IMG/VR virus record: IMGVR_UViG_3300020187_000002
DNA length: 55,181 nt
Direction: 5' to 3' (one strand)
DNA from: a virus
Part shown: in pieces, positions 44,518 through 52,338 of the stretch
How positions within the stretch are numbered: position 1 is the stretch's first letter
Layout of the letters: each line of letters starts with the position of its first letter
Notes under the pieces: generated by a model
Told to the model about the DNA's origin: nothing
What the model saw: the letters and a program-made list of their open reading frames with translations, nothing else
The model's database searches: none
Position numbers and translations under genes: made by a program

Positions 44518-45168
44518 ATGGCAAATCAAAATACTGCCTATGGTCTTCGTCCTATCGGGCTTACTGGCTCTGCGGCTAATTCTACTGGGGTAACTCAGTA
44601 CGAAATCGCATCCAATAACACTAACGCTATTTTTCAATATGCTATCTGCGTCCCTCTGGCCGCAGGAACTATTGACCAAGCAGGTGCTACCAATGGTGGT
44701 ACTACGCAAGCGTTAGGTGTCCTGATGGGGGTGGAGTACGTCGATTCGGTTTCAAAGAAACCGGTTTTTATAAACTACTGGCCCGGATCGGGTGCAGTAA
44801 GCGTTGACACAAATCATCCTGTGAAAGCGTTTGTTGCAGACAATCCAAACCAACTGTTCCAAGTAGCGTCTGACGCTTCTTTGACAGACAAAGCAACTGC
44901 TCAAGCCGCCGTCTTCGCGAATGCGTCTTTGGGTACTTCTGCTAGAACTGGTTCTACCGATAACGGTAATTCCACATCCGCCTTGGGCGTTTCAACAATT
45001 AATACTACTGCGACGCTTCCGCTTCGTATAGTTGGTATTATGGATGACGCAGGTAACAGTGATTACACTGCTGCCGGTATTCCACTTATTGTGAGACTTA
45101 ACGCTCATTTCAATTCACCAAGTAGCCGTTTTGATTCGCAGACTACTGCGTCTACAACGGGCATTTAA
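44518..45168 (+). CDS. Head structural/decoration-like protein
   Basis: 216 aa, A/T/G/S-rich with beta-type composition. RBS AGGAG. Directly upstream of the capsid gene. Confidence 0.5.
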   Translation: MANQNTAYGLRPIGLTGSAANSTGVTQYEIASNNTNAIFQYAICVPLAAGTIDQAGATNGGTTQALGVLMGVEYVDSVSKKPVFINYWPGSGAVSVDTNHPVKAFVADNPNQLFQVASDASLTDKATAQAAVFANASLGTSARTGSTDNGNSTSALGVSTINTTATLPLRIVGIMDDAGNSDYTAAGIPLIVRLNAHFNSPSSRFDSQTTASTTGI

Positions 45169-45181
45169 GGAGGGCTAAACA

Positions 45182-46090
45182 ATGGCTATTTCTCGCGCAC
45201 AATTAGCGAAAGAGCTAGAACCCGGTCTAAATGCTTTATTTGGATTGGAATATAATCGTTACGAAAACGAACATGGCGAAATCTTTGAGGAAGAGTCTTC
45301 GGACAGAGCCTTTGAAGAGGAAGTGATGCTCGGCGGTTTCTCAACTGCACCAGTTAAAGGTGAAGGCACTGCCATCAACTTTGACGATGCACAAGAGACT
45401 TATACTGCTCGTTACACTCACGAAACCATCGCTTTAGCGTTCTCAATTACTGAGGAAGCTATTGAAGATAACTTGTATGACCGACTAGCGTCGCGTTACA
45501 CCAAGGCATTGGCTCGTTCAATGGCTCAAACCAAGCAGATCAAGGCTGCCGCTATCCTGAACAATGCGTTCACGGCGGGTGCTTCTGCAATTGGTGATGG
45601 TGCAGCACTATGTTCTACGGCTCACCCAAGTTTATCTGGCAACCAGAGCAACCTTCTCGCCACAGCGGCTGACCTCAACGAAACTTCGCTTGAGCAAATG
45701 CTGATTGAGATTGCTGGTATGACCGATGAGCGTGGTTTGAAAATCGCGGTACGTGGTATGAAGCTTGTAATTCCAAAAGAGCTTCAGTTCATCGCAGAAA
45801 GAGTTCTGAACTCTAACTTGCGTTCGGGCACTGCTGACAACGATAACAACGCAATGAAGAACATGGGTATGATTCCGGATGGAGCAGTGGTTAACCACTT
45901 CCTGACTGACTCAGACGCATACTTCATCAAGACTGACGCACCTAACGGCTTCAAGTTCTTCAACCGTTCGCCAATTAAAACGGCAATGGAAGGTGACTTT
46001 GATACCGGCAACATGCGTTTCAAAGCGCGTGAGCGTTACAGTTTTGGTGTTTCTGACTGGCGTTCAGTTTTCGGTACACCCGGAGCGTAA
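45182..46090 (+). CDS. Major capsid protein (HK97-fold type, putative)
   Basis: 302 aa with RBS AGGAGGG. Called on position after the scaffold gene, on size, and on the terminator downstream. Confidence 0.65.
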   Translation: MAISRAQLAKELEPGLNALFGLEYNRYENEHGEIFEEESSDRAFEEEVMLGGFSTAPVKGEGTAINFDDAQETYTARYTHETIALAFSITEEAIEDNLYDRLASRYTKALARSMAQTKQIKAAAILNNAFTAGASAIGDGAALCSTAHPSLSGNQSNLLATAADLNETSLEQMLIEIAGMTDERGLKIAVRGMKLVIPKELQFIAERVLNSNLRSGTADNDNNAMKNMGMIPDGAVVNHFLTDSDAYFIKTDAPNGFKFFNRSPIKTAMEGDFDTGNMRFKARERYSFGVSDWRSVFGTPGA

Positions 46091-46144
46091 ACTGTGCTAT
46101 AAAGGGGTAGTTGATTTCATATTGACTTCTCCCTGTAGACTCGG

Positions 46145-46175
46145 AAGGGGTAACGTAAGTTGCCCCTTTCTTTTT
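46145..46175 (+). terminator. Terminator after the capsid gene
   Basis: AAGGGG-N12-CCCCTT followed by a T-rich run. Confidence 0.5.
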
Positions 46176-46253
46176 CTGTATTCTTATTGTATCCTGACAG
46201 TATCCCTGACAGCCGCATGGTGCGTCTGACATAACCCACGACAGGAGATACAT

Positions 46254-46727
46254 ATGGGTACTACAACTTTTTCCGGCCCTATTAAAGCTGGAACCATCAA
46301 AGAAACCACGGGTACGTCCCTTGGTTCAAACATTAAAAATACTGGCCAAGTCGTTATGGCGCAGACTTTTTCTACCGGCTCTCTAGCAGGTGGTGCTTCT
46401 GCGGCTAACGTCACTAACGTCGTTATTCCAGCAAATTCACAAATCATTGATTGCGTAATTGATTGTCCTACAGCAATGGGCAATGCTACTGCGGTATTGA
46501 GTGTTGGTGATACTGTAGGCGGTAACGCTACGTTTGTTAACGCTTTTTCAATCACTGTAGCCTCTGGTGCTGGACGTAAATATCCAACTACTGAAGCTGG
46601 TGGTGCATTGGCTTGGGCAGATATTGGAACCGCGGACAAGAGAATCACTTGGACAACTGCTGGTGCAACAAACGCTGGCGAAATTCGAGTAACGATTTTG
46701 TATCAGCAAAACGCTAACCTCGCTTAA
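46254..46727 (+). CDS. Beta-rich structural protein (possible capsid decoration)
   Basis: 157-aa ORF with RBS AGGAG upstream. Confidence 0.5.
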   Translation: MGTTTFSGPIKAGTIKETTGTSLGSNIKNTGQVVMAQTFSTGSLAGGASAANVTNVVIPANSQIIDCVIDCPTAMGNATAVLSVGDTVGGNATFVNAFSITVASGAGRKYPTTEAGGALAWADIGTADKRITWTTAGATNAGEIRVTILYQQNANLA

Positions 46728-46738
46728 AGGAGGTTTAC

Positions 46739-47011
46739 ATGGCTGGTTCTGATGTAAGAGCGATCCGTCTGACTGCCACCGGCTCTGCCGGTGTCGGTCC
46801 TGCCCGTATTCGTCAAGTTCAAGTTAAAACAACTACAGGTTCACCGCGCATCACTTTTACCAACGGTAACGGTGGCGCAACAGTGTTGGACATGGATTTG
46901 GACGCTTCAGATACACACTCCGTTAACATTCCAGATGAAGGTATAAGGGTCAGTGACGTTTATATTTCTGTGTTTACTGCGTGTACGTCTGTAACGGTTT
47001 TCCATAGTTAG
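46739..47011 (+). CDS. Small structural-module protein, paralogue A
   Basis: 90 aa. Shares length and pattern with 47021..47293. Confidence 0.5.
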   Translation: MAGSDVRAIRLTATGSAGVGPARIRQVQVKTTTGSPRITFTNGNGGATVLDMDLDASDTHSVNIPDEGIRVSDVYISVFTACTSVTVFHS

Positions 47012-47020
47012 AGGTATAAA

Positions 47021-47293
47021 ATGGCATCTGATGTAAAAGCAACATACTTAACCGCGTCAGGAACCGTTTTTGCTGGTCGAACTCGCGTTAAAGCCATTCA
47101 CTACCAGTGTGGATCAAGTCCCACATTAGTTTTAAAGAATGGGTCTGATGCTAATGGAACTACTTTCTTGACTTTAGCTTTTGCGAATAACACGGACGAT
47201 AATGTTTACGTTCCAGACGAGGGCATGTTGTTCCCGGATGGTTGTTTTGCCGTTTTGACAAACGTGACAAACGCAACGGTGTTTTATAACTGA
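47021..47293 (+). CDS. Small structural-module protein, paralogue B
   Basis: 90 aa. Aligns with 46739..47011: 'SDV.A..LTA.G....G..R.......', 'V.(I/V)PDEG', 'TV F(H/Y)'. Confidence 0.5.
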   Translation: MASDVKATYLTASGTVFAGRTRVKAIHYQCGSSPTLVLKNGSDANGTTFLTLAFANNTDDNVYVPDEGMLFPDGCFAVLTNVTNATVFYN

Positions 47294-47301
47294 GGTTTGA
47301 G

Positions 47302-47586
47302 ATGGCAACTACCAAAGACGTTACGAGAACTCCGTCAGGTCGCATAAAATATAGGGGTGAAACGTTTGCCGGATTCAACAAACCAAAAAGGACGCCGGGT
47401 AAAGCGAAAAAAAGCGCCGTCCTCGCGAAAAAAGGCAGCGAAATTAAGCTCGTCAGGTTTGGAGACAGTAAAATGTCTATCAAAAAAGACCAACCCGCCC
47501 GGAGGAAAAGCTTTAGAGCCCGTCACAACTGTGACACGGCGAAAGACAAATTTAGCGCCAGATACTGGTCGTGCAAAGCGTGGTGA
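47302..47586 (+). CDS. Very basic small protein with C-terminal 'RRKSFRARHNCD...SARYWSCKAW'
   Basis: 94-aa ORF. The motif recalls a widespread uncharacterised phage/giant-virus family. Confidence 0.55.
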   Translation: MATTKDVTRTPSGRIKYRGETFAGFNKPKRTPGKAKKSAVLAKKGSEIKLVRFGDSKMSIKKDQPARRKSFRARHNCDTAKDKFSARYWSCKAW

Positions 47587-47593
47587 GGATTGG

Positions 47594-47776
47594 ATGACCG
47601 TGAAAGAAGTTTTAGCTAAGTTGGAGAAACACGAGGCTGAATGTAATCTTAGATACCAGAGGATAGAGGAGAGGTTAGACGAGCATAAAAGCTCGTTATC
47701 GGCCTTGGACGTTAAACTTTGGGCATTGGCGGTACTGATTATAATTGCACCTTTTGTGCAGAAATTTTTAGGGTGA
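47594..47776 (+). CDS. Tail-anchored small membrane protein
   Basis: ATG at 47594 (RBS GAGGA), 60 aa, with a coiled coil followed by the TM 'LWALAVLIIIAPFV'. The track start at 47357 overlaps the previous gene. Confidence 0.45.
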   Translation: MTVKEVLAKLEKHEAECNLRYQRIEERLDEHKSSLSALDVKLWALAVLIIIAPFVQKFLG

Positions 47777-47780
47777 CGCT

Positions 47781-47966
47781 GTGGCTTACTCAAAAAAATC
47801 CAAAAAGGCTTCTTCTAAAAGCAAGGGAAGCAAGATATGCCCCAAAGGAAAAGCGTGGGCCGAACGTACTTTCGACACTTACCCTAGTGCTTATGCCAAC
47901 ATGGCAGCCTCTAAATATTGTAAAGACCCTAACTATGCAAAAAAAAGTAAGGGGAAAAAGAAGTAA
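47781..47966 (+). CDS. Lys-rich small protein with 'YPSAYANMAASKYC' motif
   Basis: 61-aa ORF with poly-K/S termini. Confidence 0.5.
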   Translation: MAYSKKSKKASSKSKGSKICPKGKAWAERTFDTYPSAYANMAASKYCKDPNYAKKSKGKKK

Positions 47967-48292
47967 TGGGCAAGTTAAAGGATTGGGTCGATGAAGATTG
48001 GGTCAGAATTGATAGCCAAGGCAATATCGCAGGTAAATGCGGTACTTCAAAAAACAAAAAAAATCCTGACAGGTGCCTACCTCGATCTAAAGCTAATAGT
48101 CTTAGCAAGTCTGAAAGGGCTTCGACGGCTCGTAAAAAGAAGCGTGAAGGCGCTAAAGGGAAGCAAGTGGTTTCAAACACCAAAGCCGCCAAAGTGGTAA
48201 AAAAAGGTAATGGCGGAGTCATTGCTAGGGGTTGCGGTAAGGTATTGGAAAACCGAAGAAAAAGAACAAAAGGGGCTGTGAGTCGATCATGA
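47966..48292 (+). CDS. Very basic small protein ('DWVDEDWVRID...GKCG...PDRCLP')
   Basis: 108 aa with TAATG coupling to the upstream gene. Confidence 0.55.
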   Translation: MGKLKDWVDEDWVRIDSQGNIAGKCGTSKNKKNPDRCLPRSKANSLSKSERASTARKKKREGAKGKQVVSNTKAAKVVKKGNGGVIARGCGKVLENRRKRTKGAVSRS

Positions 48293-48876
48293 ACGTAGCT
48301 TTTTACAACGAGCCTGTAGAAAAAGCCATTGTGCAAGAAATTATGCAGTGGTCTACAGAGGTGTTGGAAAAGCCTAGTCCTTACTACAACGATTTGCCCC
48401 CGTGTCCCTACGCTAGAAAAGCGTGGATGGAAGATAAAGTCGCCATCTTGTTCAAGTATGACGATTCTTATCAGACCTTATATTCGTGTATTTCACAATT
48501 TGATGACAATTTTGAGCTTGTCGTTATTGTAGATTTAGCTAACGACAAAGAACCTGAAGCTTTTCATGACTACTTTTATGCAATGAACGAATTTATTGCT
48601 GCGGGTACTTTTATTGATAAAGACATATGGTTGATGGGTTTTCACCCAGATGACGAGGTGACCGAAGCCTCCGAACAAACCGCCATTGAAGCATTGACTG
48701 ATACCGAATACAGCATGATATTCGTACAACGATTGTCCAAGCTACAAGAAGCAGCAGACAAGTTGGACAAAAAGGGATATTATGATAGTTATGATGGCGA
48801 ATACAACGCTTGTGAGATATTTGATAAGCGAAAGCAATTATATAGGAGACTGAAAAATGGCGATGAAACCTCGTAA
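48289..48876 (+). CDS. Acidic hypothetical protein
   Basis: 195-aa ORF with ATGA coupling to the upstream gene. Confidence 0.55.
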   Translation: MNVAFYNEPVEKAIVQEIMQWSTEVLEKPSPYYNDLPPCPYARKAWMEDKVAILFKYDDSYQTLYSCISQFDDNFELVVIVDLANDKEPEAFHDYFYAMNEFIAAGTFIDKDIWLMGFHPDDEVTEASEQTAIEALTDTEYSMIFVQRLSKLQEAADKLDKKGYYDSYDGEYNACEIFDKRKQLYRRLKNGDETS

Positions 48877-49009
48877 AGTAAAAGCCCCCGTCAAGAAAAT
48901 GCGGATGGGTGGAATGGCAAAAACGCAACCTATGAAAAAAGGCGGCACTGATTTAGCTACTCTTAGAAAGATGGCTAAAGACAAAGGTTATAAATTGGTT
49001 AAAAGCTAA
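48857..49009 (+). CDS. Small basic protein (50 aa, below the track cutoff)
   Basis: AGGAG lies 8 nt upstream. 'MAMKPRKVKAPVKKMRMGGMAKTQPMKKGGTDLATLRKMAKDKGYKLVKS'. TAATG coupling to the next gene. Confidence 0.4.
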   Translation: MAMKPRKVKAPVKKMRMGGMAKTQPMKKGGTDLATLRKMAKDKGYKLVKS

Positions 49010-49677
49010 TGACTGTTTCTAATAGCAAAGATTTTGAATTGGACGTTGCTGAATACGTTGAAGAAGCGTTTGAGCGATGCGGCCTTGAGGTGCGTACTGG
49101 TTACGACCTGAAGACAGCGAAGCGTTCGCTTAATCTTTTGCTGGCCGACTGGGCTAACCGTGGGTTGAATCAGTGGACCATTAAACAGCGTTCTTTAACT
49201 CTTGTGCAAGGCACGGGAGAATACAACCTGAGTGGCGATATTATTGACGTATTGTCGGTAATTATTCGTAGAGACGGCACAGATTATGCTTTAGAGCGTT
49301 TAAGTCGTGATGAGTATCTGACAATTCCGACAAAAACGACACAAAGTAGGCCTAATCAGTTCTTTTTAGACCGTCAAATCACTCCAAACCTTAAAATTTG
49401 GCCTGTTCCGCAGAACAGTACGGACGTTATCTACTACGATGCACTGACTCGTATGGACGATGCAGACGTTTACACCAACACAATGGACCTACCTTTCAGG
49501 TTCTACCCGTGTTTGGCCGCAGGATTAGCCTATTACATTGCTTTGAAAAGGGCTCCGAACAGGGTTCAAATGCTTAAAGCTATGTATGAAGAAGAATTTG
49601 ATCGGGCAGCAACCGAGGATCGTGACAGGTCTTCGTTTAACGTTGTTCCTAGATATGAATACTATAGGACAGGCTGA
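49009..49677 (+). CDS. Putative head-tail adaptor-type structural protein
   Basis: 222 aa. Called on position and on a pattern shared with 50033..50683. Confidence 0.45.
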   Translation: MTVSNSKDFELDVAEYVEEAFERCGLEVRTGYDLKTAKRSLNLLLADWANRGLNQWTIKQRSLTLVQGTGEYNLSGDIIDVLSVIIRRDGTDYALERLSRDEYLTIPTKTTQSRPNQFFLDRQITPNLKIWPVPQNSTDVIYYDALTRMDDADVYTNTMDLPFRFYPCLAAGLAYYIALKRAPNRVQMLKAMYEEEFDRAATEDRDRSSFNVVPRYEYYRTG

Positions 49678-50036
49678 TGGCAAAGTACGCATCGGGTAAA
49701 AACTCATACGCTATTTCAGACCGCTCTGGTTTCAGATACCCCTACAAGGTGATGAAAAAAGAGTGGAACGGATTGCTTGTGGGTCCGGATGAGTACGAAC
49801 CAAAGCAACCACAACTGGGTCCGTTTAGAACCGTGTCTGATCCGCAGGCGTTACAAGGCGCTAGGCCAGACTCGCCAAACCCTACCAGTGCTTTTCTTAT
49901 TGTTACTACAAACGGTATTGTTTACTTAGGTAATGGTAACTGGAGTACAGCGGGAACAGCAGAAATGCCTTCGGAACTCGAAATAACTGACGCTTTACAA
50001 GGTGCCGTGGGCGCCGTATCGGTGGTGACACCATGA
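49677..50036 (+). CDS. Hypothetical structural-module protein
   Basis: 119-aa ORF, coupled on both sides. Confidence 0.5.
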   Translation: MAKYASGKNSYAISDRSGFRYPYKVMKKEWNGLLVGPDEYEPKQPQLGPFRTVSDPQALQGARPDSPNPTSAFLIVTTNGIVYLGNGNWSTAGTAEMPSELEITDALQGAVGAVSVVTP

Positions 50037-50683
50037 GTTTTACATACGATCAGTTAAAAACAGCGATACAAGACTACGCAGAGAACGATGAAACGTCTTT
50101 TGTAACCAATTTGCCTGTATTTATACGTCAGGCAGAGGAAAGAATACTAAAAAACGTGCAGTTGAGCCTGTTTCGCAAGAACGTCAGCGGCAATATGACG
50201 CAGGCAAACCAGTATTTGGCTTGTCCTAGTGACTTTTTAGCACCATTTTCTCTTTCTTTTGTAGACGCTAACAGCGATAAGACGTTTTTAGAGTTTAAGG
50301 ACACTGATTTTGTACAATCCTTTAACCCAAACCCCGCAACGACGGGTAATCCGCGTTTTTATGCGGTATTTGACGTTGATAATTTTATTATCGGTCCTAC
50401 TCCCGACGCAGCAAGGGCCGTGGAGCTACATTACTTCTATAGACCTGCAAGTTTAACTGCTGGAGCAGGTTCTGGAACAACGTGGCTTAGTGAGAACGCC
50501 CAGATGGCTATGCTTTATGGCAGTTTAATTGAAGCATATATCTATATGAAGGGTGAACAGGATATAATGGCTGCGTATGAAAAAAGATTTACAGAAGCGA
50601 TGACCGGCATGAAAATGTTGGGTGAAAACAAAGAAGTAACCGATGATTATCGCACTGGTATGCTAGTGAGGCCGAAACAATGA
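50033..50683 (+). CDS. Putative adaptor/neck-type structural protein
   Basis: 216 aa. Loosely similar in layout to 49009..49677 ('Y.L..D......F.....F......P.F......... .PTPD'). Confidence 0.45.
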   Translation: MSFTYDQLKTAIQDYAENDETSFVTNLPVFIRQAEERILKNVQLSLFRKNVSGNMTQANQYLACPSDFLAPFSLSFVDANSDKTFLEFKDTDFVQSFNPNPATTGNPRFYAVFDVDNFIIGPTPDAARAVELHYFYRPASLTAGAGSGTTWLSENAQMAMLYGSLIEAYIYMKGEQDIMAAYEKRFTEAMTGMKMLGENKEVTDDYRTGMLVRPKQ

Positions 50684-50979
50684 GCTTCCCAGCATTAGAA
50701 CTAGACATGAACCCTGACTTCAAGGTGGAAGTACACACCACTCAGAACCGGGGCTTCACCCCAGAGGAAATTGCAGAGCGATGCGCTAACAAGATTATAT
50801 CTATTAGTGATTCTGCAAACCCTGCAATACAGGCACAAGCACACGCCTTTCGTCAACACATTGTAAAGGTTTTAGAATTTTACATGCGTGAAGCGATTAA
50901 AAGTGATAGAACAACCGTGTACAACGCAATTATTGATTCTGGTAATCAAGACCTTGCGGAACTAATTAGGAGACTGTAA
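50680..50979 (+). CDS. Hypothetical structural-module protein
   Basis: 99-aa ORF with ATGA coupling to the upstream gene. Confidence 0.5.
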   Translation: MSFPALELDMNPDFKVEVHTTQNRGFTPEEIAERCANKIISISDSANPAIQAQAHAFRQHIVKVLEFYMREAIKSDRTTVYNAIIDSGNQDLAELIRRL

Positions 50980-50981
50980 CC

Positions 50982-51434
50982 ATGGCTTTCAGCGGAAACT
51001 TCATGTGTACATCGTTCAAGAAAGAGCTATTGTACGGTGTCCACGACTTTGATCTCGCCAACGGCGATACCTTTAAAATTGCTCTTTACACCAACAGCGC
51101 CTCTTTCGATGCTTCAACTACTGCGTACACCACCAGTAATGAAGTAAGTGGGACAGGGTACAGTGCTGGTGGCGGAGCTTTAACTAATGTCGATCCAACC
51201 TCGTCCGGAACCACGGCACTGACGGACTTTCAAGACGAAACGTTCTCAAATGCTACAATTACGGCACGTGGCGCATTGATATATAATACTACACCCAATA
51301 CTACGTCAATTTCGGTAACCAATCCGACTGTTGTAGTTTTGGACTTCGGCGCGGACAAAACATCCACCGCAGGTGACTTTACGATTGTTTTTCCAACTGC
51401 TGATGCAAGTAACGCGATTATACGGATAGCGTAA
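50982..51434 (+). CDS. Hypothetical tail-module protein
   Basis: 150-aa ORF, T/S/A-rich with beta-type composition. Confidence 0.5.
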   Translation: MAFSGNFMCTSFKKELLYGVHDFDLANGDTFKIALYTNSASFDASTTAYTTSNEVSGTGYSAGGGALTNVDPTSSGTTALTDFQDETFSNATITARGALIYNTTPNTTSISVTNPTVVVLDFGADKTSTAGDFTIVFPTADASNAIIRIA

Positions 51435-52327
51435 TGGCTGACGTAATCGTCCCAATAGGCGGCTGGGGCCGTTCAGGTTGGGGCGCAGGCCCGTGGTCCC
51501 AGAGTGGGCTACCACAAGCTGCGGGTTCTGTAGGTTCTGTAACGGTTGTGGCGGAAGCCAATGTACCGGTAACAGGACTACAAGCAACAGGTAGTGTTGG
51601 CAGCGTAACAATAAACGCGGCAGCCAACGTATCTGTAACAGGGGTAGCTGGTACTGGCCAAGTAGGCAGTGTCACTACAACGGCAGGTGCCAATGTTAAC
51701 GTTACAGGTGTAGCGGGAACAGGGCAGGTCGGTTCGGTCAGCATAACTGCTGATGCGAATGTCCCCGTCACCGGATTGGCCGGAACTGGAGCAGTAGGCT
51801 CCGTATCGGTCACCGCAGATGCAAACGTAAACGTTACGGGTGTGTCGGGAACTGGAGCAGTAGGCTCCGTAAGCGTCGTAGCTGGCGCAATTGTACCCGT
51901 CACAGGACTTGAGGCCACAGGGTCCGTTGGTTCAGTAACGATTGTTGCAAAAGCCAATGTTTTCCCAATAGGTCTTGAAGCTACTGGTCAGGTAGGCGAC
52001 GCCACTATAGACGGCGAAGCTAATGTACCGGTAACAGGCTTGTCTGCGACAGGCACCACAGGTTCGGTAACAGTTAGGACCGGACAGACAATTAACGTTG
52101 GTGGTGTGAGTGGAACAGGTCAAGTCGGTAGTGTCACCGTAGAAAGTGATGCTGTAATAAATGTAATAGGAGTCAGCGCAACAGGTGTTGTCGGAAATGT
52201 ACTGGTATACTCTAACATTGTCCCGGATCAAAATCCGGGTTATAGTGAGATAGATGTTAATCAGTCGCCGTCATGGTCGGAGGAAGAACCAACCCAGAGC
52301 GCAAATTGGACGCAAATAGCAGCGTGA
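51434..52327 (+). CDS. Repeat-containing tail/fibre-associated protein
   Basis: 297 aa. N-terminus 'GGWGRSGWGAGPWSQSG', then 10 x 22-aa 'ANVxVTGvxGTGxVGSVxvxA' repeats. Confidence 0.65.
   Translation: MADVIVPIGGWGRSGWGAGPWSQSGLPQAAGSVGSVTVVAEANVPVTGLQATGSVGSVTINAAANVSVTGVAGTGQVGSVTTTAGANVNVTGVAGTGQVGSVSITADANVPVTGLAGTGAVGSVSVTADANVNVTGVSGTGAVGSVSVVAGAIVPVTGLEATGSVGSVTIVAKANVFPIGLEATGQVGDATIDGEANVPVTGLSATGTTGSVTVRTGQTINVGGVSGTGQVGSVTVESDAVINVIGVSATGVVGNVLVYSNIVPDQNPGYSEIDVNQSPSWSEEEPTQSANWTQIAA
51557..52210 (+). repeat. About 10 tandem 66-nt (22-codon) repeats inside the CDS
   Basis: Units read directly from the sequence. The periodicity also leaves the antisense frame open. Confidence 0.85.
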
Positions 52328-52338
52328 GGATAAAATAG

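Noticed and set aside
51418-51957. 179-aa minus-strand ORF
   Set aside because: It is antisense to the 66-nt tandem repeats. It stays open only because of the periodic, stop-free repeat sequence, and its translation is itself a repeat mirror image.
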